DNA of 64,000 bases, from positions 9,710 to 73,709 of the forward strand of contig JBEKEM010000003.1 in the NCBI GenBank assembly GCA_050013835.1, read 5' to 3'. This stretch comes from Acidimicrobiales bacterium. GTDB lineage: Bacteria > Actinomycetota > Acidimicrobiia > Acidimicrobiales > Bog-793. Under the pieces are notes generated by a model. That model was not told where the DNA came from, did not search any database, and worked only from the letters and a program-made list of their open reading frames with translations. Positions 9,204 through 19,211 of this stretch are shown here, piece after piece (positions within the stretch are counted from its first letter, which is position 1; every line of letters begins with the position of its first letter). The position numbers were made by a program, and so were the translations under genes.

Positions 9204-11594
9204 TTGGCCACGATCACCACCGTCGGGACCCGAGGCAGGGTCGGGGAGGCCGCCCCGCGCGTCGACGGGGTGCCGAAGGTCACAGGCGCGTTCACCTTCG
9301 CGAGCGACCTGCACCGCGAGGGGATGCTCTTCGGGGCGACCCTGCGTTCCCACCTCGCCTACGCCCGCGTCCGGCACGTCGACACCTCGCGCGCTCTGGC
9401 GACACCCGGGGTCGCGGCGGTCATGCTCGGCACCGACGTCCCGGGAACGAACCGCTTCGGTCTGAACTTCTTCGACCAGCCGGTCCTCGCCGAGGACGTC
9501 GTGCGCTACTCGGGAGAGCCGATCGCCGTCCTCGCCGCCTCGACGCCGGAGATCGCCAGGCGGGCGGTGGCGAAGATCGACGTCGACCTCGAGGCATTGC
9601 CCGGCGTCTACGACATGGAGGAGGCGCTCGCCCCCGACGCGCCGCGCCTGCACGAGTTCGGAAACGTCCTTCGCCACGTGCACATCCTCCACGGCGAACC
9701 CGACACGGCCGAGGCGGACGTCTGGATGGACGGCTACTACGAGACGGCGATGCAGGACCAGGCCGCACTCGGCCCGGAGGCGGGACTGGCGGTGCCGGCC
9801 GAGGACGGCGGCATCGACCTTTACGTCACGACGCAGTGGCTGCACGTCGACCGCGAGCAGATCTCGCCGTGCCTGGGACTGCCCGAGGACAAGGTCCGGC
9901 TGCACCTCGCCGGCGTCGGGGGCGCGTTCGGGTCCCGCGAGGACATCCACATGCAGATCCACGCCTGCATGCTGGCGCTGCGGACGGGCAGGCCGGTGAA
10001 GTTCAGCTACGGACGCGAGGAGTCCTTCCACGGGCACGTCCACCGCCACCCCTCGAGGATCTGGATGCGGCACGGTGCCAGCCGCGACGGCCGCCTCGTC
10101 GCCCTCGACGTCCGGCTGATGTTCGACGGCGGTGCCTACGCCTCGTCCTCCCCCGCCGTGCTCGGCAACGCGGCGAGCATGTCCGCCGGTCCCTACGAGG
10201 TGCCGAACGTGCGCGTCGAGGGCACGGTCGTCTACACGAACAACCCGCCCTGCGGGGCGATGCGCGGGTTCGGCGCCCCCCAGGTGTGCTTCGCCTACGA
10301 GGCCCAGATGGACAAGCTCGCGCGCCTGCTGGCGATCGATCCCGTCGAGCTGCGCCTGCGCAACGCCGTCTCCACCGGCTCGGTCCTGCCGACCGGACAG
10401 GTCGTCACGGGGAGCGCCCCCGTGCGGGAGCTGATCCGGCGCTGCGTCGCCATCCCCCTGCCGGCGCCGGAGCCCGACCGGGGCCGCGACCTCACCCGCT
10501 ATCCCGGCGGGGTGGGCAACGTGACGCACGGCGAGGGGATCCGCCGCGGCGTCGGCCTCGCCGTCGGCTACAAGAACGTGGCGTTCAGCGAGGGATTCGA
10601 CGACTCCGCCACAGCCCGCGTGACGCTCTCCCGCACGCCCGACGGGCCCGAGGCGGAGATCTACACCGCCGCGGTCGAGATGGGCCAGGGGCTGTACACG
10701 TTCCTCACCCAGGTCGTGCGGACCGAGCTCGAGGTCGACCGGGTCGTCCTGCACGCCATCGACACCCTGATCGGCGGGGCCGGGTCGACGTCTGCGTCGC
10801 GCCAGTCGATGATGGCCGGCGGCGCGGTGCAGATGGCGTGCGGCGCCGTGCGCGCAACCCTTTTCGAACGGGCACGGGCCCGCTCCGGCTCGGTCCCGGA
10901 AGGCGCCAGACTCGCCCTCGCCGATGGCTGGGTCGTGGCCGGCGGGTCACCGCTCGTCGAGCTCGAGGACCTCCTCGACGAACCCGTCTCGGGCGAGGCC
11001 GTCTACCACCACCGCCCGACCGGGAACTTCGACGAGAACGGTCAGGGGGACGTCCACGTCTGTTTCGCCTTCGCGGCCGAGCGGGCGGTCGTCGAGGTCG
11101 ACGAGGACCTCGGGCTCGTGCGCGTCCTGCAGGTGGCGGCGGCGATCGACGTCGGCCGCGTGCTCAACCCGCTCGGGTTGACCGGCCAGATCGAGGGCGG
11201 AACCGCCCAGGGGCTCGGCCTCGGGCTGATGGAGCAGGTCCAGCTCCACGAGGGCGTGATCCGCAACCCGTCCTTCACCGACTACCTCATCCCGACGATC
11301 CTCGACATGCCGCCGGTCGTCTCCGTGGCGGTCGAGGAGCCCGAGCCCGGCTCCCCCTACGGCCTGAAGGGCGTCGGCGAGTCACCGACGATCGTCGCCA
11401 CGGCGGCCGTGGTCGCCGCCTTGCGCGACGCGACGGGGCGGGAGCTGAACCGCGCCCCGGTCACGCCGGACGAGCTCGTCGGCCTGCGGGGTCCCGCGAC
11501 GACGTCGGGCCCGCCACCGATTCCCGAGGTGCCCGGCCAGAAGTCGGTGCCGTTCTACTTCGAGATGAGCTCCGGCCAGCAGAAGATCATGTAG
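9204..11594 (+). CDS. xanthine dehydrogenase family molybdopterin-binding (large) subunit
   Basis: 'PRVDGVPKVTGAFTFASDL' at the N-terminus, 'GGAFGSRED', 'GAMRGFGAPQ', 'GESPT'. Third-position GC only becomes coding-like from the in-frame TTG at 9204, which follows GAGAGAGA. The ATG at 9099 is an alternative start. Confidence 0.88.
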   Translation: MATITTVGTRGRVGEAAPRVDGVPKVTGAFTFASDLHREGMLFGATLRSHLAYARVRHVDTSRALATPGVAAVMLGTDVPGTNRFGLNFFDQPVLAEDVVRYSGEPIAVLAASTPEIARRAVAKIDVDLEALPGVYDMEEALAPDAPRLHEFGNVLRHVHILHGEPDTAEADVWMDGYYETAMQDQAALGPEAGLAVPAEDGGIDLYVTTQWLHVDREQISPCLGLPEDKVRLHLAGVGGAFGSREDIHMQIHACMLALRTGRPVKFSYGREESFHGHVHRHPSRIWMRHGASRDGRLVALDVRLMFDGGAYASSSPAVLGNAASMSAGPYEVPNVRVEGTVVYTNNPPCGAMRGFGAPQVCFAYEAQMDKLARLLAIDPVELRLRNAVSTGSVLPTGQVVTGSAPVRELIRRCVAIPLPAPEPDRGRDLTRYPGGVGNVTHGEGIRRGVGLAVGYKNVAFSEGFDDSATARVTLSRTPDGPEAEIYTAAVEMGQGLYTFLTQVVRTELEVDRVVLHAIDTLIGGAGSTSASRQSMMAGGAVQMACGAVRATLFERARARSGSVPEGARLALADGWVVAGGSPLVELEDLLDEPVSGEAVYHHRPTGNFDENGQGDVHVCFAFAAERAVVEVDEDLGLVRVLQVAAAIDVGRVLNPLGLTGQIEGGTAQGLGLGLMEQVQLHEGVIRNPSFTDYLIPTILDMPPVVSVAVEEPEPGSPYGLKGVGESPTIVATAAVVAALRDATGRELNRAPVTPDELVGLRGPATTSGPPPIPEVPGQKSVPFYFEMSSGQQKIM

Positions 11595-11672
11595 GCACGA
11601 AGGACCGATGCGGATGCGACTTGGGCGAGGCAGTGCGCCTGCGGCGGCGGGACGGCGCCCGACGGTGGCATC

Positions 11673-12545
11673 GTGACGTTCCTGCGGCCGACGACCTGGG
11701 CCGACGCGCTCGCCGACCGGGCGGAGCATCCCGAGGCCGTCGTCGTCGCGGGAGGGACCGACGTGATGGTCGAGGTCAACTTCGGCCGCCTCCACCCGCC
11801 CGCCTTCCTCGACCTCTCGCGGGTCGAGGAGCTGCGCGCCCTCGGCCGCAAGGACGGGCGGGTCCAGGTGGGCTCCGGGGTCACCTACCGGTCGATCATG
11901 CGCGATCTCGCCGGCGCGCTCCCCGGACTCGCCGCCGCCGCCCGCACCGTCGGATCTCCGCCGATCCGGAACAGGGGCACGATCGGCGGCAACCTGGGCT
12001 CGGCGTCGCCCGCCGGCGACTGCCACCCGCCGCTCCTCGCCTGCGGCGCCGAGGTCGAGATCGCCTCGGTCACTTCGAGCAGGACCGTACCCATCGCCGA
12101 CTTCTTCCTAGGCCCCAAGCGCAGCGTCCTCGGCTCCGACGAGCTGATCGCCGCGGTGTGGGTGCCGGCGGCCACGGGGCCCCAGACCTTCTCCAAGGTG
12201 GGGTCGCGCAACGCCATGGTCATCGCCATCTGTTCCTTCGCCCTGGCCCTCCACCCCGACGAGGGCCGGGTCGGCACGGGGATCGGCTCCGCCGGCCCCG
12301 TGCCGCTGCGGGCGTTAGCGGCCGAGGAGTTCCTCGCCGGACACCTCGCCGAGACGGGAGGGTGGGAGTCGCGGCGCGCGCTCGACGAGACCGCCGTCGA
12401 CGAGTTCGCCCGACTCGTCGCCGGGGCCGCCCGGCCGATCGACGACGTGCGGGGCTCGGCCGACTACCGCCGGCACGCCCTCGGTGTGCTGGCGCGCCGT
12501 TCGCTCTCGTGGTGCTGGGACGAGTTCCGGGGGACGAGACGATGA
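11673..12545 (+). CDS. xanthine dehydrogenase family FAD-binding (medium) subunit
   Basis: 'VVVAGGTDVMVEVNFG', 'GTIGGNLGSASPAGD'. CoxM/XdhB-like, 290 aa. Confidence 0.85.
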   Translation: MTFLRPTTWADALADRAEHPEAVVVAGGTDVMVEVNFGRLHPPAFLDLSRVEELRALGRKDGRVQVGSGVTYRSIMRDLAGALPGLAAAARTVGSPPIRNRGTIGGNLGSASPAGDCHPPLLACGAEVEIASVTSSRTVPIADFFLGPKRSVLGSDELIAAVWVPAATGPQTFSKVGSRNAMVIAICSFALALHPDEGRVGTGIGSAGPVPLRALAAEEFLAGHLAETGGWESRRALDETAVDEFARLVAGAARPIDDVRGSADYRRHALGVLARRSLSWCWDEFRGTRR

Positions 12546-13000
12546 GGGTCTCGTTGACCGTCAACGGGGTCGCGCGCGTGGTCGACGGCGTCGGCGAGCA
12601 GGAGAGTCTGCTCCACCTGCTGCGGGAGCACCTCGATCTGTTCGGCACGAAGAACGCCTGCGAGCAGGGAGAATGCGGCTCGTGTTCGGTGTATCTCGAC
12701 GATGTGCTGGTCTGTTCCTGCCTGGTCGCCGCCGGTCAGGCGGAAGGGGGCACCGTCACGACGGTCGAGGGATTGTTCGCCGATGGCATCCTCGATCCCA
12801 TCCAGCAGGCCTTCGTCGAGGCCGGTGCCGTCCAGTGCGGATTCTGCACCCCGGGCTTCGTCCTGGCTACCCATGACCTCCTGCGACACATGCCGGATCC
12901 CGACGACGCCCAGATCCGCGAGGCGCTATCGGGAAACCTCTGCCGGTGCACCGGCTATCAGAAGATCATCGACGCTGTCCACCGCGCGGCAGGCCGCTAG
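12542..13000 (+). CDS. (2Fe-2S)-binding (small) subunit
   Basis: 'CEQGECGSCSV...CSC', 'QCGFCTPG', 'CRCTGY'. Its start overlaps the FAD subunit stop (ATGA). It is the last 152 aa of shadow ORF 9836..13000. Confidence 0.9.
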   Translation: MRVSLTVNGVARVVDGVGEQESLLHLLREHLDLFGTKNACEQGECGSCSVYLDDVLVCSCLVAAGQAEGGTVTTVEGLFADGILDPIQQAFVEAGAVQCGFCTPGFVLATHDLLRHMPDPDDAQIREALSGNLCRCTGYQKIIDAVHRAAGR

Positions 13001-13073
13001 TTGGCTGGTCGGACATTCTTGTCAGCCCGCTCGCAGCAGGAAATCGTCGCCCATCGATGACCACGATCAAGAG

Positions 13074-13547
13074 CTATCCGAACGGGCAGGGCAACGACCC
13101 GTTGACGATGATTGTCTTGCCCTCGGCGAAGTTCCCGGCGATACCGGTGAGGGTCACGTGCGAGACGATCAGCATGTAATCCTCAAGGCTCACGCCAGCG
13201 CTGCCGCTGGTGCTAAAGACCCAAACGACTCCCTTAACCGGGATCGACAGACTGAGTATGCCCGACGTGTCGACGCCGATGGTCACCGTCGCGCCGTTGA
13301 GCGTCGCTGTCCCCGTGGCCCCGGCCTGTGGGGGGCAACCCAGCGCGCTGTGGAGGATGGTGCCGGTCACCGCGCCGGTGACGGTCATGCGCGAGGGGAG
13401 AGTCGTCGTTGTGACGGGGAGAGTTGTCGTTGCGACAGGAAGAGTCGTCGTCGTGGCGAGCGGCGTAGCTGCTCCCCCTCCGCAGGATGCCAGACCGGCC
13501 ACCAACGCGAGCACTGCCACCGCCCCGAGCACCTTCCATCCGCCCAT
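13074..13547 (-). CDS. small secreted lipoprotein, unknown function
   Basis: Signal peptide plus lipobox 'LVAGLASC', then a Thr-rich repeat linker. ATG at 13547 is preceded by GGGGAGG. Confidence 0.6.
   Translation of the reverse strand: MGGWKVLGAVAVLALVAGLASCGGGAATPLATTTTLPVATTTLPVTTTTLPSRMTVTGAVTGTILHSALGCPPQAGATGTATLNGATVTIGVDTSGILSLSIPVKGVVWVFSTSGSAGVSLEDYMLIVSHVTLTGIAGNFAEGKTIIVNGSLPCPFG
13395..13457 (-). repeat. three imperfect 21-bp tandem repeats encoding TTT(T)LP(V/S)
   Basis: On the + strand: ggggagagtcgtcgttgtgac / ggggagagttgtcgttgcgac / aggaagagtcgtcgtcgtggc. They lie inside the lipoprotein gene. Confidence 0.8.
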
Positions 13548-13913
13548 AGCGACCTCCCCGACCTCCCGAAACCGTCCGGGAACACGATAATCCTGCCGAG
13601 CCGCGGCGAACGGTTCGACCTCTCCTGGAAGGACGCGCTCGGTCCCCGGCTCGAGCACCGGGGGATCCCTCATCTGCCTCGCCGAATTCGGCACCCGGGT
13701 GGTCCGCGCGGGAATGGCTTCTTTATTCAACGTCCAGCTACTTCGCCGCATTCGTCACGCGGGTGTTCCCACCGGTCGTACGCCTTAGAGGGGACCCCTG
13801 CCAGAGTCCGCTGCCAGACGCCGCCCACGGCCCACCTGGCTGGGTTCGCTCAGCACCGGGATTCGGCCGAATACCCGAATCGCGCGACCTCGTTCGACGC
13901 CGATCCAGTCGAT

Positions 13914-14864
13914 CTAGTCGACGGTGAAATGTGTCCCCGTCAGGCCGGCGACCGCCCTCGCGAGGTTCGGCGGATCCGTGACGATGGCGTGCTTCCCGCC
14001 GTTCTCGAGGTACTCGATGACCGCCTCGATCTTCGGCGCCATGCTTCCCGCTGCGAAGTGCACGCCCTCGGCGACATACCGCCGCGCCTCGGCGAGGCTG
14101 AGATGGTCCACCGAGCGCTGGGCAGGCGTGCCGAAGTTGAGCGCCACCTTCTCGACCGACGTGGAGATGAGGAACAGCTCGGCCCCGAGGTTGCGCGCCA
14201 GCAGCGAACAACCCAGGTCCTTGTCGATCACGGCCTCGACCCCCTGGAGGTCGCCATCGGCGTCGGCGACGACGGGGATCCCCCCGCCGCCGACCCCTAT
14301 CACGATGACCCCGGCCGCGATAAGCGACCTGATCGCGTCGAGCTCCACGATGCGCCGCGGGCGCGGTGAGGCGACGACGCGCCGCCAACCCCGATTGGCG
14401 TCCTCGACGACGTCCCAGCCGTCCTGCGCGCGGCGCCGACGCGCCTCGCTTTCGTCCATAAACGATCCGATCGGCTTGGTCGGGTTCGTGAAGGCGGGAT
14501 CGTCCACCGCCACCTCCACCTGGGTCACGATCGCCGCCACGGGCCTGTCCATGCCCCGGCGCCGCAGCACGTTCTGCAGGTTCTGCGCGAGGGCGTAGCC
14601 GATCGCGCCCTGGGAGTCGGCGCCGCAGGCGTCAAGCGGCACCTCGTGGAGCTCGTGGGCGGCGAGCTCCGAACGGCGCAGAATGAAGCCCACCTGTGGG
14701 CCGTTGCCGTGGCCGATTGCGACGTCCCAGCCGTCGGCGATCATGGCCGCCACGTGCTGGGAGGTTTCGTGGGCCGCGATGTACTGGTCGCGCACCGCCT
14801 GGTGCATCCGGTCCTTGATCAGCGAGTTGCCGCCGATCGCGACGACGGCGAGTCGATCGCCCAC
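13914..14864 (-). CDS. arcC: carbamate kinase
   Basis: 'VVAIGGNSL', 'VAIGHGNGPQVG', 'GGGGIPVV', 'AAGSMAPKIEA'. Confidence 0.9.
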   Translation of the reverse strand: MGDRLAVVAIGGNSLIKDRMHQAVRDQYIAAHETSQHVAAMIADGWDVAIGHGNGPQVGFILRRSELAAHELHEVPLDACGADSQGAIGYALAQNLQNVLRRRGMDRPVAAIVTQVEVAVDDPAFTNPTKPIGSFMDESEARRRRAQDGWDVVEDANRGWRRVVASPRPRRIVELDAIRSLIAAGVIVIGVGGGGIPVVADADGDLQGVEAVIDKDLGCSLLARNLGAELFLISTSVEKVALNFGTPAQRSVDHLSLAEARRYVAEGVHFAAGSMAPKIEAVIEYLENGGKHAIVTDPPNLARAVAGLTGTHFTVD

Positions 14865-14875
14865 GGCCTGGACCT

Positions 14876-15853
14876 CTAGCCCATCGTCAGCGCCATGACG
14901 GCCTTCTGGCCATGCAGGCGGTTCTCGGCCTGGTCGTAGACGACGGAGTGCGGCCCGTCGATCACCTCATCAGTGACCTCGACGTTGCGGTCCGCCGGCA
15001 GCGGGTGCATGTAGATCGCCTCCTCGCTCGCCAGGGCGACCCGGCGCGCGTCGGTGATCCAGTCGGCGTACTTGGCGATGAGCTTGGCCCCCTCGGCCTC
15101 GTCCGTCGTCGTGCGCAGCGCCCCCCAGCTCTTGGCGTAGATGACGTCGGTGCCCCGGATCCCCTCGTCGAAGTCGTGAGAGACCTCGAACGAGGCGTGC
15201 GCCCGGCGGGCCTCCTCCTCGGCCTGCCCGACGATCTCGGGCAGGAGGGAGAACTCGGGCGGATGGACGAGGCGGACGTTCATGCCGAAGCGCGGGAGCA
15301 GCAGCGCCAGGCTCTGGGGCACGCTGATCGGCTTCTGGTAGCTCGCGGCGCAGGCCCAGCTGATCGTCGCCGTGCGGCCACGCGGGTCCCCGAAGCGTTC
15401 GATGATCGTCATCAGGTCCGCCAGGGCCTGGTGCGGATGGAAGACGTCGCACTGCATGTTGAGCACGGGGACGCGGCTCGCTTCGGCGACGTCGCGCAGA
15501 TACCCGTTGCCCACCAGCCAGTCGACGTGGCGGATGGCGATGCCATCGTTGTAGCGCCCGAGGATCTCGCCGATCTCCTTGGCGGTGTCACCGTGGGCGA
15601 TCTGGGTGGTCCTGCTCTCGATGAACTGGGCGTGGCCCCCCAGCTGCGCCATGCCGGCCTCGAACGAGGCCCGCGTCCGCGTGCTCGAGAAAAAGAACAA
15701 CATCGCGAGCACCTTGTCGCGGAGCAGCGGGTGCGCCCGACCGAGGGCGCGGTCTCGTTTGAGGTCGAAGGCCACCTCGAGCACGGTGTCGATCTCGTCC
15801 TTGGTCCACTCGGAGAAGTCAATGACGTCCCGGCCCCGGAGGTTCGTCTGCAT
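14876..15853 (-). CDS. YgeW-like (unknown-substrate) carbamoyltransferase
   Basis: 'SSTRTRASFE', 'TQIAHGDT', 'NMQCDVFHPHQALADL', 'SYQKPISVPQS', 'YMHPLPAD'. As I recall the E. coli YgeW sequence, these segments resemble it more than OTC or ATC. Confidence 0.8.
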   Translation of the reverse strand: MQTNLRGRDVIDFSEWTKDEIDTVLEVAFDLKRDRALGRAHPLLRDKVLAMLFFFSSTRTRASFEAGMAQLGGHAQFIESRTTQIAHGDTAKEIGEILGRYNDGIAIRHVDWLVGNGYLRDVAEASRVPVLNMQCDVFHPHQALADLMTIIERFGDPRGRTATISWACAASYQKPISVPQSLALLLPRFGMNVRLVHPPEFSLLPEIVGQAEEEARRAHASFEVSHDFDEGIRGTDVIYAKSWGALRTTTDEAEGAKLIAKYADWITDARRVALASEEAIYMHPLPADRNVEVTDEVIDGPHSVVYDQAENRLHGQKAVMALTMG

Positions 15854-15881
15854 GGTCCTCCTTCCTTTCCGGTTCCCCGGC

Positions 15882-16832
15882 CTAGCTCACGGCCCCGAGG
15901 ACGAGCGAGAGCAGCGCCATCCGCATCACGACGCCGTTGAAGGCCTCGAACCAGTAGCGGGCGTGGCGCGTGCCGTCGACGTCGGTCGGCAGCTCGTCCA
16001 TCCTCGGCAGCGAGTGCAGGATGATGGCGTCGGTCTTGGCCTTCTTGGCCATGAGCTCCTTCGTCACGCGGTAGGCCGGCGGGGTGAGCCCGTGCTCCTC
16101 GACCTCTTCCCGGGACTTGGTGTAGTCGGCCTGCACGACCGGCTCCATGTAGACGACATCGGCGTCGGCCAGGCACTCCTCGACGCTGGCGACCTCGCGG
16201 TAACGCGCGCCGCGCGCGGCGAGCTCGGCCGAGAACTCCGGCAAGAGCGACATCTCCGGCGGGTGGACGAGCGACGCCGTCATGTCGAACTGCGTCATGG
16301 CGTAGAGGATCGAGTGCATCGTGCGCATCCGCATGTCCCCCACGCAGAGCACGTTCAGCCCGTCGAGCGTGCCCTTGTCCTTCCAGATCGTGTAGAGGTC
16401 GGTGAGCACTTGGGTGGGGTGCTCCCCCCAGCCGTCGCCGCAGTTGATCACCGGCACCGAGGACCACCGCGCGGCCTCGGCCGGCGCGCCCTGCTCGAAG
16501 TGGCGCATCGCGATGACGTCGCCGTAGTACTCGAGCATGTGGACGGTGTCCTTGATGCTCTCCTGGTAGAAGTCCCCGGCCCGGGTCATCTTGGCGTCGG
16601 AGAACCCGAGCACGTGCCCGCCGAGCCGGTGCATCGCCGCCTCGGTGGCGAGCCGGGTCCTGGTGCTCGGCTGGTAGAAGGCGGTGAGCAGCGTCTTGTG
16701 GGCGAGCAGGTCCCCGTTCTCGCGCCGCTCCGCGTACGGCCTTAGCTCGTCGGCGACCCGGAAGACCTCGAAGTACTCGTCGCGCTCGAAGTCCTTGAGC
16801 GAGAGGATGTCCCGTCCGGCAAAGCTCCTCAT
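15882..16832 (-). CDS. PyrB-like carbamoyltransferase, non-canonical second-substrate site
   Basis: 'QPSTRTRLATE', 'GEHPTQVLTDL', 'ILHSLPRMDELPTDVD...YWFEAFNG'. The 'MTRVQKER' aspartate-binding segment of E. coli PyrB is replaced by 'MEPVVQAD'. Confidence 0.8.
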   Translation of the reverse strand: MRSFAGRDILSLKDFERDEYFEVFRVADELRPYAERRENGDLLAHKTLLTAFYQPSTRTRLATEAAMHRLGGHVLGFSDAKMTRAGDFYQESIKDTVHMLEYYGDVIAMRHFEQGAPAEAARWSSVPVINCGDGWGEHPTQVLTDLYTIWKDKGTLDGLNVLCVGDMRMRTMHSILYAMTQFDMTASLVHPPEMSLLPEFSAELAARGARYREVASVEECLADADVVYMEPVVQADYTKSREEVEEHGLTPPAYRVTKELMAKKAKTDAIILHSLPRMDELPTDVDGTRHARYWFEAFNGVVMRMALLSLVLGAVS

Positions 16833-16863
16833 CTTGTACCGCCCTTCCGTAGTTGAAGGCCCG

Positions 16864-17853
16864 TCACGAGCCGAAAGTGTCGATCATCAACCGCACGTCG
16901 CTGCCGAGCGGGTACAGGATCGGGCAGGTTGCACCCGCGGCGATGTACTCATCGACCTTCGCGCGGCACTCCTCGGGGGCCCCGGAGGCGGTGATCATCT
17001 GGACCGCCTCGTCGGGCACGAGCTTCATCGCCCGGTGGATCTCCTCGGGCCCGGCCGGCCAGGTGAGGACCTTGCCGATCTCCTCGATGAGGGCCGGGTC
17101 GACCCCGCTCGCCTTCATGATGTGGGGCTGCTGGCCGAGGTACTGGGTGAGGAGCTCGCGTGACCGGTCGAGGGCGAGCTCGCGGTTCTGGTCGAGCGAG
17201 CACACGACGAGCTGGGGCCGGTCGATCTCGTCGAGCGATCGGTGGGCGCGGGCCGCACCGACGGCGAGGTGCTCCATCGCCGACCGGTTGTAGGCGGGGC
17301 TCACCATGTAGTTGAGCACGACCCCGTCGGCGATCTCGCCGGCGAGCTCCATCATCTGCATCCCCGTCGCGCCGACGTAGATCGGCACCTGCCTCGGCGA
17401 GCGGTCGCCGTGGACGACGTCGATCTCCACGTCGTCGAGGTGCACGAAGCTGCCGTGGTAGGTGACGCGCTCCATGGCGAGGAGCCGGCGGGTCGCCTCG
17501 ACGACCTCGCGCATCGCGGTGAGCGGCCGGGTGCGGTTGACGCCCACCTTGGTGGCGAGCGGCTCCCACCAGGCGCCGAGCCCGAGGATCACCCGGCCCG
17601 GGGCGAGCTCGTCGAGCGTCGAGAACGTCGCCGCCAGCAGGCCGACGTTGCGCGTCCAGATCGGGATAACCCCCGAGGCGACCTTGATCCTGCTCGTCAC
17701 GGCGGCGTAGGCGGCCATCGGCACGGTCGCCTCGCGCACGAGGCGGCTCTCGGCCTGCCAGACCGCCTCGAAACCGCGTTCCTCGGCGTAGCGGGAGTAC
17801 TCCATGCCCTCCCGGATCGGGTGCATGTCCTGCAGGTACAAGGCGGCCCTCAT
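16864..17853 (-). CDS. LLM-class (luciferase-like, probably F420/flavin-dependent) oxidoreductase
   Basis: '[12 protein letters not shown]...[31 protein letters not shown]'. ATG at 17853 is preceded by GGAGGGAGGAG and overlaps the ssnA stop (ATGA). Confidence 0.8.
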   Translation of the reverse strand: MRAALYLQDMHPIREGMEYSRYAEERGFEAVWQAESRLVREATVPMAAYAAVTSRIKVASGVIPIWTRNVGLLAATFSTLDELAPGRVILGLGAWWEPLATKVGVNRTRPLTAMREVVEATRRLLAMERVTYHGSFVHLDDVEIDVVHGDRSPRQVPIYVGATGMQMMELAGEIADGVVLNYMVSPAYNRSAMEHLAVGAARAHRSLDEIDRPQLVVCSLDQNRELALDRSRELLTQYLGQQPHIMKASGVDPALIEEIGKVLTWPAGPEEIHRAMKLVPDEAVQMITASGAPEECRAKVDEYIAAGATCPILYPLGSDVRLMIDTFGS

Positions 17854-19211
17854 CGCTCCTCCCTCCGTGGATCGTAGGGGTGCGCCGGCGTCGCCTCGAG
17901 GCGGCCCCACAACCGCGCCGTGACCCCGACCTCGTCGGAGGCGACCGCGGCCTCGTCGACACGGGTCGAACGACCGTTTTCGACCACGAGCTCCCCGGCC
18001 ACGTAGACGTCACGCACCCTGCCGGGGGCGAGCCCGAAGACCCAGTGCCCGGCGAGGTTGTCCGAGCTGATCGGCGTCGGCGGGTCGTAGGCGAGGACGC
18101 AGAGGTCCGCCGGCGCGCCCGGCAGCAGCGTGCCGAGCAGCGGCTCGTCGAAGCATCGACCGGCGAGGCGCGCGCCCTCGGCCAGGCGCGCGAGCGGCCA
18201 CTCCGGCGGCGTCGTACGGTCGGCTTCCTTGGCGCGGAAGAACCCGGCCTGGGACTCGGCGAGCATGTCGCCCCCGATGCCGTCGGTGCCAAGCGCGACC
18301 CTCCCGCCCCGCAGGTTGAACGGCGAGTGCCCGACGCTGTTGTTCATGTTCGACCGCGGGTTGCACACGACCGTCGCGCCGATCGATCCGATGAGCCGGG
18401 CCTCGTCGTCGTCGACTTTGACGCAGTGGGCGAGCAGGGCGTCCTGGTTCAGCACCCCGCGGTCGCGCAGGCGCATCGCCACCCGGTTGCCGCCCCGGCG
18501 GAGGCTGTCCCGCTCGTCGACGTCGTCCTCGGCCACGTGGATGTGCACGCCGACGCCGGCCTCGGCCGCCACCCCGGCACAGCGCTCGAGGGTCCCGTCG
18601 GACAGCGTGAACGAGGCGTGCGCGCCCACCATCCCCCGCGCGAGCTCCCGGGGGCGACGGGCAAACCTCCGGTTCTCCTCGAGGCCGGCCGTCGCGCGCT
18701 CCGGGCCGTCCCGGTCGGTGACCTCGTAGCAGAGCACCGAGCGCACCCCCAGGACGGCGAGCGCCTCGGCGATCACGTCGAGCGACCCGTCGATGAAGTT
18801 CGGCGAGGCGTGATGGTCGACGATCGTCGTGGTGCCGGCGAGGAGGGCGTCGAGACCGCCCCGCACCGCCGAGGCGCGTACCGACTCCTCGTCGAGGGCG
18901 CGGTCGAGCCGCCACCAGATCCGCTGGAGGATCTCGGTGAAATCGGCCGGTGGCGCCAGCGAGTACGGCATGCCTCTCGACAGCGCCGAGTAGAGGTGGT
19001 GGTGGGCGCAGACGTTCCCCGGCACGATCAAACTTCCGCCGCAGTCCCGGGTCGGGATGCCTTGGGGAACCGCCCCGAGGCCGCGCACGCGCCCGTCGGC
19101 GATGACGAGATCGGCGCGCACGACTTCGGGTGGTGCGAGGGACACGGCGACCCATGCGCCGCACAGGGCCACGCCCGAGGCGGTGCTGGCGCGGGTCTGC
19201 CCGGCGGTCAC
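17850..19211 (-). CDS. ssnA: SsnA-type putative aminohydrolase (amidohydrolase superfamily)
   Basis: '[18 protein letters not shown]', '[17 protein letters not shown]', '[11 protein letters not shown]', '[11 protein letters not shown]', 'LGTDGIG'. GTG at 19211 overlaps the upstream stop (GTGA). The rest of ORF 17850..20183 is shadow frame. Confidence 0.85.
   Translation of the reverse strand: MTAGQTRASTASGVALCGAWVAVSLAPPEVVRADLVIADGRVRGLGAVPQGIPTRDCGGSLIVPGNVCAHHHLYSALSRGMPYSLAPPADFTEILQRIWWRLDRALDEESVRASAVRGGLDALLAGTTTIVDHHASPNFIDGSLDVIAEALAVLGVRSVLCYEVTDRDGPERATAGLEENRRFARRPRELARGMVGAHASFTLSDGTLERCAGVAAEAGVGVHIHVAEDDVDERDSLRRGGNRVAMRLRDRGVLNQDALLAHCVKVDDDEARLIGSIGATVVCNPRSNMNNSVGHSPFNLRGGRVALGTDGIGGDMLAESQAGFFRAKEADRTTPPEWPLARLAEGARLAGRCFDEPLLGTLLPGAPADLCVLAYDPPTPISSDNLAGHWVFGLAPGRVRDVYVAGELVVENGRSTRVDEAAVASDEVGVTARLWGRLEATPAHPYDPRREER

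Noticed and set aside
9836-13000. 1054-aa ORF, the longest in the track
   Set aside because: It is an Arg/Pro/Gly-rich shadow frame running over the XDH large and FAD subunit genes. Only its last 152 aa (12542..13000) make a recognisable protein, the 2Fe-2S subunit.
15882-16832. Housekeeping aspartate carbamoyltransferase (pyrB)
   Set aside because: It is PyrB-like overall. However, it has no pyrimidine-operon neighbours, lies between a YgeW-like gene and an LLM oxidoreductase, and has an altered aspartate-binding 'TRVQKER' segment. I therefore annotated it as a non-canonical paralogue pending a genome-wide check.
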